64,000 nt of DNA from an uncultured Actinomycetes bacterium. GTDB lineage: Bacteria; SZUA-79; Acidulodesulfobacterales; Acidulodesulfobacteraceae. Positions 1 through 9,124 of the stretch are shown here, piece after piece. Under the pieces are notes generated by a model. The model was not told the origin of the DNA, ran no database searches, and was given only the letters and a program-made list of their open reading frames with translations. A program made the translations under genes and the position numbers. Position 1 is the stretch's first letter. Every line of letters starts with the position of its first letter. The DNA lies in assembly GCA_964631685.1 (NCBI GenBank), contig CAZVZU010000003.1:1-64000 (forward strand). The letters are read 5' to 3'.

Positions 1-43
1 TCCTCTTAGAGCGAACCAGTTTATCTATTTTAATTTGCGACAT
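1..43 (-). CDS. 5' end of a gene running off the window, N-terminus MSQIKIDKLVRSKR; resembles YgjP-like (DUF45) M48 metallopeptidases
   Basis: ATG at 43 (minus) with GAGAGG SD at 50-55; open to window edge; 'I.I..(I/V)RS.RK' start is typical of this family; only 14 codons visible. Confidence 0.5.
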   Translation of the reverse strand, partial: MSQIKIDKLVRSKR

Positions 44-238
44 AAAAAGCCTCTCGTTTTAATTAAGCATATCCTTATATGTAACCGCTTGATTAGGCTG
101 AGTCGGTTAAGACGGCGACAATATCCGCATCCGGCATTATACATATTATCCGCTTGGTTTGCAACAGATGGTAAGGGCTAGCGTAAAATGTTAAATGCCT
201 TACAGAGATTGCGTGCATGTAATATATATAATAGTTAC

Positions 239-267
239 TTGACGAATTTTCCTTAATTTTATATCAT
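239..267 (+). promoter_or_regulatory. putative sigma70 promoter of smpB
   Basis: TTGACG(239-244)-17 nt-TATCAT(262-267), 10 nt before the ATG. Confidence 0.55.
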
Positions 268-277
268 TAGTACTGCC

Positions 278-757
278 ATGCCACTTCAATCCAATAAATT
301 TAATATTAGAATTAAAATTGTAGCTAGTAACAAGAAAGCGTCATTTCTTTATGAGATATTAGAAAAACATGAAGCGGGGATTGCCCTGTTCGGGCCGGAA
401 ATTAAGTCTATAAAGTCCGGAAAGGTAAATCTCTCAGACGGGTATGTTATCATAAAAAATGGAGAGGCGCTTCTTTTGAATGTCCATATAAGTCCGTATG
501 CAAAGGCTACAAGAGAAAATAAGGACCCGCTTCGGACGCGTGTTTTACTTCTGCATAAACATGAAATTATGCGGCTTTACGGCAAAACCAAAGAGAAGAA
601 CCTTACCATGGTTCCGTTAAAAATGTATTTAAAGGCCGGTAGGGCAAAGCTAGAAATAGCCCTTGTTAAGGGTAAAAAGATTTATGACAAAAGGGCTTCC
701 ATTAAAGAAAAGGAACAAAAAAGAGAGATCGAAAGAGTAATTAAAAACAAAAGGTAA
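278..757 (+). CDS. smpB: SsrA-binding protein SmpB
   Basis: NKKA..Y...EAGIAL.G.EIKSI, HISPY, R.R.LLLHK.EI, GKK.YDKR motifs. Confidence 0.97.
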   Translation: MPLQSNKFNIRIKIVASNKKASFLYEILEKHEAGIALFGPEIKSIKSGKVNLSDGYVIIKNGEALLLNVHISPYAKATRENKDPLRTRVLLLHKHEIMRLYGKTKEKNLTMVPLKMYLKAGRAKLEIALVKGKKIYDKRASIKEKEQKREIERVIKNKR

Positions 758-769
758 ATTGCATAAAAA

Positions 770-1765
770 TTATAACCCTACTTGTTCTTTGGTGCTATTG
801 TAAACATGGATGTGCGTCCTGAAGTTATTCCTTTTTGCTATATACATTGACCTGTCTGCTTCCTTAATAAGCTTATTTGCGGACTTACCTTGCGTATATT
901 CTGCTATGCCTATGGAAAGCCCCATTGCATTGTCAGATGGAATAAAATTATCTAGGGTTAAATCGCAAGTTTTCTCTGAAATGATGGTTTTTAATTTCTC
1001 CCTGAAATTGTTTTGAAAGTTCATTAAAATTCTATTTGCAACAATCGTAGCTCTTTTTGCCGGCGTGTTTGGCATTATCACCGTAAACTCGTCTCCCCCG
1101 TACCTATATGCCGTATCGATATTTTTCCGGATGGCATCCCCAAGCGATTTGCCGGTAAGTTTTATAACCTCATCTCCGGATTGATGACCGAATTTATCGT
1201 TAAAGAATTTAAAATTATTTATGTCTATAAAAAGTATAGATAAGTCATGTCCATATCTTAGGCATCTCGATAACTCTTTTTCTATTGTTTCATGGAAACA
1301 TTTTGCATTATAAAGCCCCGAAAGACCATCCAATTTGATTTCCATTGATAAGGCCAGCTCTAATTGTATTTCTTTGGTTATATCTCTTATTAAATATAGA
1401 GCTCCTTTAATTTCAGCAGATTCGTTATAAATATCTACCTTTTCATTTTCAAAATAATGGTTCTGGCCGTCAATTTCGTAGATATTGGATACCTTGTATC
1501 CGGAGGCAAGGTCCCTGATGTGGGATGGTATAATCTGTTCTTTGGATAGATTCTTAAAGTAGCAGATTGCGTTGATATCGTCACCTAGAAAATAGTCGAT
1601 ATTCGTTTTTAAAATTATTGAAGCATTATTATTATAAAAAATAAGTTCATTTTTATAATTTACGGCGAATGCACCCTCGTCCAGAGAATTAAGTAAATCT
1701 TCAATTCCGATGTTCTGGAATAAATCTTCTTGCGAGTTTTTAAAATCAGTTACAATCATTTTCAT
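770..1765 (-). CDS. PAS-GGDEF diguanylate cyclase
   Basis: N-terminal PAS-like region; D.LSGLYN, FK.FND.FGH..GD, RYGGDEF. Confidence 0.9.
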   Translation of the reverse strand: MKMIVTDFKNSQEDLFQNIGIEDLLNSLDEGAFAVNYKNELIFYNNNASIILKTNIDYFLGDDINAICYFKNLSKEQIIPSHIRDLASGYKVSNIYEIDGQNHYFENEKVDIYNESAEIKGALYLIRDITKEIQLELALSMEIKLDGLSGLYNAKCFHETIEKELSRCLRYGHDLSILFIDINNFKFFNDKFGHQSGDEVIKLTGKSLGDAIRKNIDTAYRYGGDEFTVIMPNTPAKRATIVANRILMNFQNNFREKLKTIISEKTCDLTLDNFIPSDNAMGLSIGIAEYTQGKSANKLIKEADRSMYIAKRNNFRTHIHVYNSTKEQVGL

Positions 1766-2043
1766 ACTCCAAAGCGGTTTGACTATGATACGTTAATAAT
1801 AAACATTTATTAAGTATAAACTATTGAAATTCTATAAAATTTAGTTATAAATATCAAGAAAAATTTTAATAGACTATTTTTATATTGTTTTTTGTTGTAA
1901 TTTGTTGTATAAATTAGGTAATTACAAGTAATAAAGTCGTTTATTTGTAATTTTAATTTAGGGCAGAGAAATTTATGCTTGTTTATGTATCAAAATCTCT
2001 TCTTTATAGTAAACTTGTGTGTAAAAATTAATAGGATGGTGTT

Positions 2044-2610
2044 ATGGCGATAGATGATATGCTCGTTGAGCTGAAGGATCTTGCGAAGGTTGTGGACGAT
2101 GCCACAAAAAAAATAGGAGATTTTAAAAAACCTGTCAAGGAGAGTTCGGAAAGTATTCCACTTGCGCAGGATGGAATTTCGGATATCATTAAAGAGACCG
2201 AAACAGCCGCTAATAATATAATGAATCTGCTTGAGGACATAAATGCAAATTCCGGTGTTATTGACGAATGTTTATGCGATCTCATTGATCTTAATCCTAT
2301 AAAAAAGATTCAAAAAAGTTTAATTAATTTAAAAGACCTGAATAAGAAAAATATAAGTAAAATCATGGATGTTCTATCACTCCTTTCGTTTCAGGATTTG
2401 ACCGGACAAAAGCTCTACAAGATACGAAACACATTAAATGAAACAAAGGTAAAACTTTTAAAGGTGTTGGTCGATTCAGAGGTTGAGGTTAAGGAGCTTA
2501 CCGTAGAAAAAAAGCAAGAGATATACGGTAAATTAAACGATTTAGTTTCGGATGATCAAAAAATGGCTCAAAACGATGTAAATTCGATATTAAACGAATT
2601 AGGGTTTTGA
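2044..2610 (+). CDS. cheZ: CheZ-family chemotaxis phosphatase
   Basis: FQDLTGQ (DxxxQ catalytic motif) and C-terminal QNDVNSILNELGF CheY-binding-type helix. Confidence 0.8.
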   Translation: MAIDDMLVELKDLAKVVDDATKKIGDFKKPVKESSESIPLAQDGISDIIKETETAANNIMNLLEDINANSGVIDECLCDLIDLNPIKKIQKSLINLKDLNKKNISKIMDVLSLLSFQDLTGQKLYKIRNTLNETKVKLLKVLVDSEVEVKELTVEKKQEIYGKLNDLVSDDQKMAQNDVNSILNELGF

Positions 2611-2673
2611 TGAAATTTTTTTCTTGCTTCTTTTATGACTATCTGATATCATAATCGTTCCTTATTGTTTATT

Positions 2674-2750
2674 GTCCCCATCGTCTAGCCGGCCCAGGAC
2701 ATCGCCCTTTCACGGCGGCAACACGGGTTCGAATCCCGTTGGGGACGCCA
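2674..2750 (+). tRNA. tRNA-Glu(TTC)
   Basis: cloverleaf, acceptor GTCCCCA/TGGGGAC, anticodon loop CT-TTC-AC, GGTTCGAATCC, encoded CCA. Confidence 0.97.
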
Positions 2751-2969
2751 AATTGTCTTGTGTTTTCCGTTATCGGTCTTCTGTATTTTTATTTGCATCG
2801 TGTAAATAAGCAACAAAGTTACTGCAATGGCGCTTTTTTTGACGAGATTGTTGCGGTGATACGTGCGTAGCAACTTTCTAATTGACATTTGCTAAAATAA
2901 AGATATATGATACTTATTGATAGAATTGGGGTAGTACGTTAGTTTAAGTATATTTTTTAATAGGGCAAA

Positions 2970-3665
2970 ATGATACTAGAAGATATCAAGTACCAATTAG
3001 ACCAGTTTCATAGCTTTGATAATATAAAACTTTCATTTGATATATCAGGCAAAGAGGGGGTTTTGTATTATAATGACGGCAAGATAACAAACGCAACCTT
3101 TGACCTTAAACAGGGCGCAGATGTTTTTCGGGAATTAAAGGATGTAACAAAAGGGGATGTTAATATTCAAGTTAGTATCGGCGAGCCCGCTCCCGAGATC
3201 AACTTGAATAAATCTTTTAATGATATTATCGAAATAATAAGTGAGAATGTTACAGAAAAAGAGGAAGAAGAGCCGTTGTCGAAAGACAATAAAGATGATA
3301 TTGTCGATTTAGACACAGCAATAGAAACGGATCCGTCATTGGTTGTCAAGATAGGGGAAGGACTTGCAAATATTCCGGGGGTAGAGGGTATATTAGCCGT
3401 TCGGATTAATGGCGATGTTTTATATTCCAAAGATGTCGAAGATTCCGATTTTGAGTCGGCAGATTCAGTGTTTTTATATAATCAATCAAAAGAATTGGGA
3501 GAAATATTGAATTTTAAAAATCTCAAGAGCGCCTTATGCGAGGCGGGCGATTATAAAAAAATAATTATTAATAATAAAGATGTGTTGTATAGTATTAAGG
3601 TGTCCTCAACCGTTCAACCCCTTAAAACACAGATGGAAGCGGTTAAACTACTTGAAAACATATAG
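2970..3665 (+). CDS. DUF4388 (PatA_N-like) plus Roadblock/LC7-like domain protein
   Basis: N-term G.EG.LYY.DGKI..A....G...F pattern; acidic linker; C-term L..IPGVEG.LAV...G.VL. Confidence 0.6.
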   Translation: MILEDIKYQLDQFHSFDNIKLSFDISGKEGVLYYNDGKITNATFDLKQGADVFRELKDVTKGDVNIQVSIGEPAPEINLNKSFNDIIEIISENVTEKEEEEPLSKDNKDDIVDLDTAIETDPSLVVKIGEGLANIPGVEGILAVRINGDVLYSKDVEDSDFESADSVFLYNQSKELGEILNFKNLKSALCEAGDYKKIIINNKDVLYSIKVSSTVQPLKTQMEAVKLLENI

Positions 3666-3708
3666 TAACCGTCACGGTGGTTTATAACCATATGACACTT
3701 AAGCTTCT

Positions 3709-4425
3709 ATGGATGATCAGGACAAAAGCATAATAGATAAAATACTTAATATCTCAGGTGTGGAAGCGTGCGCCATATCTTCGCTCGATGGCGAGGTTTT
3801 AAGGTTTGATGCAAAAGATGAGAATATTACATATGAGTCAATAAACAAAATTTCTATCGAGATAAGCAGAATTTTTGCTTCATATTCTATTTCTTCCATT
3901 GATATTACATCGTTGTATCTTAACTTTGAAGAACGAAATATTATCATTAACGGATTTGGAAGCGGTTTTATTTTCATGGTAAGTCAGAAAACTTCCAACG
4001 TTAATCTGCTTAAGATGGAGACGTCTTATCTCGAAAAGGAATTTGTTAAAATAGTAAGCAAATCCATTGAAAAGTTTTCCGTTAAATCATCCAATGACGG
4101 GTATGATAAGAGGATGGGTGATATTACTTCTCGAGACGAGGATGTATTTAGCTCTATACTCGGTGAAAAAAACGTAATTAGGAATGAAGTTAAAATTCCA
4201 AGAACAATTTCTAAAAATAAATTGAATGCACTCAGGGATGTTTTTTCTCTAAGTTTAGGTCCGATATCCATAATGCTTTTTGATGAAAAGGTAAAAGAAC
4301 TGGGCGAAGATGCCGATAATTTTAGCGCCGAACATATTCAAAGTTTAATAAATAATTTGGCAAGCGAAATTGAAGACAGAAGTGATAGGCTTAGCTTTGT
4401 TAAAAATGCAAAAATGGTAGTATAG
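3709..4425 (+). CDS. Roadblock/LC7 (MglB-like) domain protein with C-terminal helical LGPI module
   Basis: N-term L.ISGV.ACAISS.DGEVL; C-term F...LGPI..MLFDE.V.ELG. Confidence 0.6.
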   Translation: MDDQDKSIIDKILNISGVEACAISSLDGEVLRFDAKDENITYESINKISIEISRIFASYSISSIDITSLYLNFEERNIIINGFGSGFIFMVSQKTSNVNLLKMETSYLEKEFVKIVSKSIEKFSVKSSNDGYDKRMGDITSRDEDVFSSILGEKNVIRNEVKIPRTISKNKLNALRDVFSLSLGPISIMLFDEKVKELGEDADNFSAEHIQSLINNLASEIEDRSDRLSFVKNAKMVV

Positions 4426-4462
4426 CTTATTAATCCTGTGTGCACTAAGTTATTATCTTATT

Positions 4463-4537
4463 GCCGGCGTGGCTCAGAGGTAGAGCAGCTGATTCGTAAT
4501 CAGCAGGTCGGGAGTTCGATTCTCCCCGCCGGCTCCA
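4463..4537 (+). tRNA. tRNA-Thr(CGT)
   Basis: acceptor GCCGGCG/CGCCGGC, anticodon arm GCTGA-TT-CGT-AA-TCAGC, TTCGATT T-loop, CCA. Confidence 0.97.
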
Positions 4538-4714
4538 TTTTAAAAGTAATGCATGTGCCTCAGCCGTTTTCATTTTTAGTACCTCCTTGCTTAATTTACT
4601 TGTTGTTCTGCATTGCTAAAATTAATGCATAAACCATAAATTTACGCATCCTGTCTGCCCATTGTTATTTAACAGGGTATATACTAAACTCCCCCCTCGA
4701 ATCATAAATAATCG

Positions 4715-5173
4715 CTAAATTAGCGGCAGCCATGACGCCGTGAATATCGTTCCGGTATCCATATATAAGTACATAAATACCACGATTGTAATTACTATCG
4801 ATAAGAAAAAGATTACCTTGCTTATATTAAATGAACCTGCTGTTTTTGTTTCGCAAGAACTGCATGTCTTTCCATTCAAACCCTTGCCGGCTTTTGATGC
4901 ACTTTTTTTGAATGAGATTTGTGGCATTATGTAAATCAGATAAAAAGATAAGAGCACGCCTAAAATATTTAATATCAAAAAATAATTCCTGTAAGGCGCA
5001 ATGCCTCTAAGGAAATATGCACTGGAACCAAGCGCCCCCCCGGTGCTCGCTGTTATTCCTGCTATGCTGAAAAATAAAGGTCCCCAGCAACAAACTCCCC
5101 CTAAAATAGCGAATAGACCGCTTAGTCCGGATGTTGTGCCAGAGATTGCTCTGGACTTGTTTTTTGTATTCAT
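4715..5173 (-). CDS. merT: MerT-like mercuric/heavy-metal transport membrane protein
   Basis: TM1 Cys pair GVCCWGPL, PYR..F motif, cytoplasmic CSSC loop, three hydrophobic segments; GCAGGAGG SD. Confidence 0.75.
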   Translation of the reverse strand: MNTKNKSRAISGTTSGLSGLFAILGGVCCWGPLFFSIAGITASTGGALGSSAYFLRGIAPYRNYFLILNILGVLLSFYLIYIMPQISFKKSASKAGKGLNGKTCSSCETKTAGSFNISKVIFFLSIVITIVVFMYLYMDTGTIFTASWLPLI

Positions 5174-5223
5174 AAAACCTCCTGCTAATTTGTAGTTTAT
5201 AATTACTTCTTGTTCGTTTCACT

Positions 5224-5255
5224 ATTCTACACCTTGTACTTCGGTATAATGTCAA
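5224..5255 (-). promoter_or_regulatory. MerR-family promoter/operator upstream of merT
   Basis: minus strand TTGACA(5255-5250)-20 nt-TAGAAT(5229-5224); spacer carries dyad ACATTATAC-CGAA-GTACAAGGT (7/9 pairs, GTAC-N4-GTAC type). Confidence 0.75.
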
Positions 5256-5487
5256 GGGCTTTTTACGTCTCATCGGTAATGAACGGTTTTTATTTATCTG
5301 TCAACATAAATATGGTCAAGCTGATATCACCCGGTATGCTTGAAGCAATGATATTTATTAAAAATTTTGCAAGTGATAAAATAAATACACGTGCAATATC
5401 GTGATATAATACAACACATGACTGTGGAATGCGCTTAAGAAATAAATCTGTAGCTAAAAAATAGAAACAGATAAAGGCGGGGCTGAG

Positions 5488-6561
5488 GTGAAAATGCTTT
5501 TTGAACCGATAGAAATGGGTAGTATTAGGATTAGAAATAGAATAATAATGGCTCCTATGTGCATGTATTCCGCCGAGGATGGCATCGTAGGGGTATTCCA
5601 CATGGCTCATCTCGGCGCGCGTGCAATAGGGTGCGTAGGCTTAATTATCGTGGAAGCAACAGGGGTTAGCCCCGAAGGAAGAATAAGCCCTTACGATGCA
5701 GGCATATGGAACGAAAAGCAGGTTAATGCTTTTAATCCGATAGTAGAGTTTTGTAAGTCATGTGGTTCGGTAATGGGCATCCAACTGGCGCATGCTGGAA
5801 GGAAGGCTTCTGTCAACGCCCCGTGGTTAAGGGAAGGACAGGGACCATTAAAACGGGAAGATGGTGCATGGCAGGTGCTTGGCCCAAGTCCGATACCGTT
5901 TGACGACGACTATCCTATTCCAAAGCAAATGGACGATAGTGATATAAAAAAGGTAGTTAAAGATTTTGCTAATGGGGCTAAAAACGCCAATAAGGCAGGA
6001 TTCGATGTTATAGAAATACATGCTGCTCACGGCTACCTGATAAACGAATTCTTGTCTCCAATTTCAAACAAAAGAACAGATAAATATGGAGGCACTCTTG
6101 AAAATAGAGCAAGACTCCTGCTTGAGGTAATAGATGCTATAAAGGGTGGAAGTTGGCCCGAAAATAAGCCTATCATTGTCAGGATGTCCACGGTGGATTG
6201 GGTAAATGGGGGTTTCGATATAGAATCGGCGGTTATTTTAGCGAGAATGTTGAAAGAATCCGGAATTTCCTTAATAGATTGTTCATCCGGAGGAATTGTG
6301 CCGGATACAAGTATGAATGTCTATCGCGGCTATCAATTAGGTTTTGCAAAGGAGATTAAAGACAAGGCGGGGATTGCAGTATCCGGCGTCGGGCTTATTA
6401 CTGAACCCGAATTTGCCGATTTTATACTCAATTCAGGAATGGCGGATATGGTCGAGATGGGCAGAGAGCTATTAAGGAACCCCTATTGGCCTTTGTATGC
6501 CGCACGGAAACTCGGAATAGACATAGAGTGGCCGAGGCAATATTTAAGGGCTAAACTGTAA
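5488..6561 (+). CDS. namA: NADPH dehydrogenase / old yellow enzyme (YqjM/NamA type)
   Basis: MAPMCMYS, QLAHAGRK, HAAHGYL, C-terminal P.QYLR. Confidence 0.9.
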   Translation: MKMLFEPIEMGSIRIRNRIIMAPMCMYSAEDGIVGVFHMAHLGARAIGCVGLIIVEATGVSPEGRISPYDAGIWNEKQVNAFNPIVEFCKSCGSVMGIQLAHAGRKASVNAPWLREGQGPLKREDGAWQVLGPSPIPFDDDYPIPKQMDDSDIKKVVKDFANGAKNANKAGFDVIEIHAAHGYLINEFLSPISNKRTDKYGGTLENRARLLLEVIDAIKGGSWPENKPIIVRMSTVDWVNGGFDIESAVILARMLKESGISLIDCSSGGIVPDTSMNVYRGYQLGFAKEIKDKAGIAVSGVGLITEPEFADFILNSGMADMVEMGRELLRNPYWPLYAARKLGIDIEWPRQYLRAKL

Positions 6562-6681
6562 CTGCTCATGCCGCGCAAGATTATTGATAAACCTGCGTTA
6601 CGCTATTTGGCAAGAGTTGATGAGTAAAAAGTAAACAAATGCGAATTTCATAAAGTTTCCACAATCAAGGTATATCATTAC

Positions 6682-8709
6682 ATGAAGTCTGAAAATTATT
6701 TTCTTCAAAGGGGGATGCCTATTTTAAAATCAAGATTTTTTTTGGTAGGCATAATATTAGAATCAGTTTTAGTTGTATCCTCAATATTTCTTTTTAACTA
6801 TGTAAAATTAGACCCATGGACATTTGGTTCTATTTTTATTTTCGGGTTTTTTATAAGTTTCCTGTTTCTATTTTTTTATATTTCAAAAAGAAATATTCAA
6901 TTATTCGAACAAAAACAGCTATTTGATACATTAATGGAACACACCACCGATACAATAGTCGTTAAGGATATTTATGGCAGGTATATAAAGGCTAGCAAAA
7001 GCGCGAGGTATTTTCATTCTGCTCCCAGAATAGCTTCCCTAATAAATATGACAGATAATGAAATGCAGCCCTATTCTCGGCAGGGCGATGATTTCTTTAA
7101 AACAATAAAGGATATGGATAAGCTTGCATGGCAGACGAGAAAGCCGCAGAAGTTTATACTGCACCTTAGAGATAAAGATGGCATGGTTCATACTATTGAT
7201 GTCACTAAAATTCCTGTATACAACAAAAAAGGTGGCAAGCTACTTTCAATAGGTGTTGGGCATGATATAACGGAAATGATAGAGGACGAAGAAAAATTTA
7301 AGTCCATGTTTTATGAAAATTCCAGGATTATGTTTCTGCTGGATTCTAATTCTATCACGGTAGCAGATGCAAATAACGCCGCCATAAAGTTTTATGGCTT
7401 TTCAAGGAAAGAGCTTATAGACAAGACCATAAATGAAACATTCAGTCCTTTTATCGCAAAAGCAGAGGTTTTGTCGAATATAAATAGGGCCGTTAAAAAT
7501 GACGAGAAAATATTTTCAGGGTATAAGCATAGGCTTAAAAATGGAGATATCAGAAATGTTGAAGTGGAAATTTCGCTTATTCATGCAAAAGGAAAACCGT
7601 TGGCGTTGGTGACGGTTTTTGACGTAACCGATAAGCTTGCCGCCGCAGCTAAGATTAAATCTATTCAGTCTCTATACTACTCTATTCTAAAAGAGGTTTC
7701 CCTTATAATAAATCCAAAGAGCGAAAGAGAGCTATTTCATAGGACATTAAGCGCATTACAGAAAGGCGAGACGATGACAGCTTGTTGGATAGGTTGCGTG
7801 GACGATGACAATCTTATCAGGTATATAACCGCGAAAGGAAAAGGTACCCAGGAGCTTATGAAGATAAAACTAACGGTGGATTGTCATAAAAAATATATGA
7901 CCATTGCAGAGAGGGCGATATGCCTTAACCGCATAGTTTATAATAATGACCACTTATCCGATCCGTTATTAGAACCGTGGCACTATTTTCTTGAAAAAAA
8001 TCATTGGTTTTCGGCATGCGCATGTCCAATTAGAAGAGATAACAAACTATGGGGGGTTTTAGTTTGTGCATCGGACAAAAAAGGTATGTTTACGCGGGAT
8101 ATTTTAGAATTTATGTCAAAGATAGGGGGGCTTCTATCTCACAGTCTTAATGAATTCGATTTAAAAAAGAAATTGAAAGAAGAAAAGAAAAATGTGGAAT
8201 ATTTGGCCCACCATGATATTTTAACGGGATTACCAAATAGGCTATCTTTAGCTCAGATGATAGAATCTGCCGTGAAGAGAGCTAATAGGAATAAAACTTT
8301 TACTGCTATCGGAATGATTGATTTTGACGATTTTAAATATATCAATGATACCTTCGGGCATGACGAAGGTGATAACCTTCTAAAACAGTTTGCATTAAGG
8401 ATAAAATATGTCTTAAGGCAAACCGACCATATAATAAGGTTGGGGGGTGACGAGTTTATTCTTGTCCTTGAAGACCTGAAAATTTTCGACGATATTTATC
8501 TCTTTATTGCAAGGTTAGAAGGAGCCCTCGAAAAACCGTTCATTATAAAAAATTCTGAAATATTTCTAAAAGTGAGCCTAGGCCTTACATTGTATCCGTT
8601 AGATAAGGGTTCTACGGATGTTTTACTAGTGCATGCAGATGATGCAATGTATAGCGTAAAGGCTAAAAAGGAAGAAAGAGAAAAATTCTGGCAATTATAT
8701 AAACATTAA
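6682..8709 (+). CDS. membrane-anchored PAS-PAS-GAF-GGDEF diguanylate cyclase
   Basis: two N-terminal TM helices, PAS repeats, GAF (ACPI...WGVL), HD.LTGLPNR, RQTD I-site, RLGGDEF. Confidence 0.9.
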   Translation: MKSENYFLQRGMPILKSRFFLVGIILESVLVVSSIFLFNYVKLDPWTFGSIFIFGFFISFLFLFFYISKRNIQLFEQKQLFDTLMEHTTDTIVVKDIYGRYIKASKSARYFHSAPRIASLINMTDNEMQPYSRQGDDFFKTIKDMDKLAWQTRKPQKFILHLRDKDGMVHTIDVTKIPVYNKKGGKLLSIGVGHDITEMIEDEEKFKSMFYENSRIMFLLDSNSITVADANNAAIKFYGFSRKELIDKTINETFSPFIAKAEVLSNINRAVKNDEKIFSGYKHRLKNGDIRNVEVEISLIHAKGKPLALVTVFDVTDKLAAAAKIKSIQSLYYSILKEVSLIINPKSERELFHRTLSALQKGETMTACWIGCVDDDNLIRYITAKGKGTQELMKIKLTVDCHKKYMTIAERAICLNRIVYNNDHLSDPLLEPWHYFLEKNHWFSACACPIRRDNKLWGVLVCASDKKGMFTRDILEFMSKIGGLLSHSLNEFDLKKKLKEEKKNVEYLAHHDILTGLPNRLSLAQMIESAVKRANRNKTFTAIGMIDFDDFKYINDTFGHDEGDNLLKQFALRIKYVLRQTDHIIRLGGDEFILVLEDLKIFDDIYLFIARLEGALEKPFIIKNSEIFLKVSLGLTLYPLDKGSTDVLLVHADDAMYSVKAKKEEREKFWQLYKH

Positions 8710-8988
8710 ACAATACATTAGGTTTATTCTATACCCAGCTTACAGCCGCATTTATGTAACGTTCTTGCTTTACCCTCCATTCAGTTCCTGCGATTTTTTT
8801 GGCTGTTATTAGAGATGCAGGACAAGCTTTACAGGAAGGATGCAATGTTCATAGATAACGAATATACAATCCTTGCCATTGGATATAAAGTTTGACATAA
8901 AAAGATTTTTCCGTTAGTAATCTTTGTATTTTATATGTGCCAAGCCCTTCAAGCTTGTCCGCAAAACCGAGTAGAAAATTTTTAAATT

Positions 8989-9031
8989 TGTGATGTTAGT
9001 CACATTATTTTTTAAAAAAGGGTTATAGAGT
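8989..9031 (+). promoter_or_regulatory. Crp/Fnr-family (HcpR-like) binding site with class II -10 element
   Basis: TGTGA-TGTTAG-TCACA at 8989-9004; TAGAGT at 9026-9031 sits at -12..-7 if the site is centred at -41.5. Confidence 0.75.
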
Positions 9032-9124
9032 GACAGAAAGGAGCAATGGGATTATGACATGTAAATAGCTAATGCCGCTCAGTAATTGATTAGAATCGCC
9101 GAAGGCGAAAGGAGGAAAATTGAA

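Noticed and set aside
56..238. Possible tmRNA (ssrA) or other ncRNA beside smpB
   Set aside because: No tRNA-like GGGG 5' end, TTCGA T-loop or ACCA 3' end on either strand; it reads as a divergent promoter region.
2685..2888. ORF-track calls overlapping tRNAs (2685-2888 minus; also 4438-4632 plus)
   Set aside because: Translations are shadows of tRNA-Glu and tRNA-Thr sequence.
8925..8945. Sigma54 promoter (TGGCAC on the minus strand)
   Set aside because: The -12 TTGC element is missing at the required spacing.
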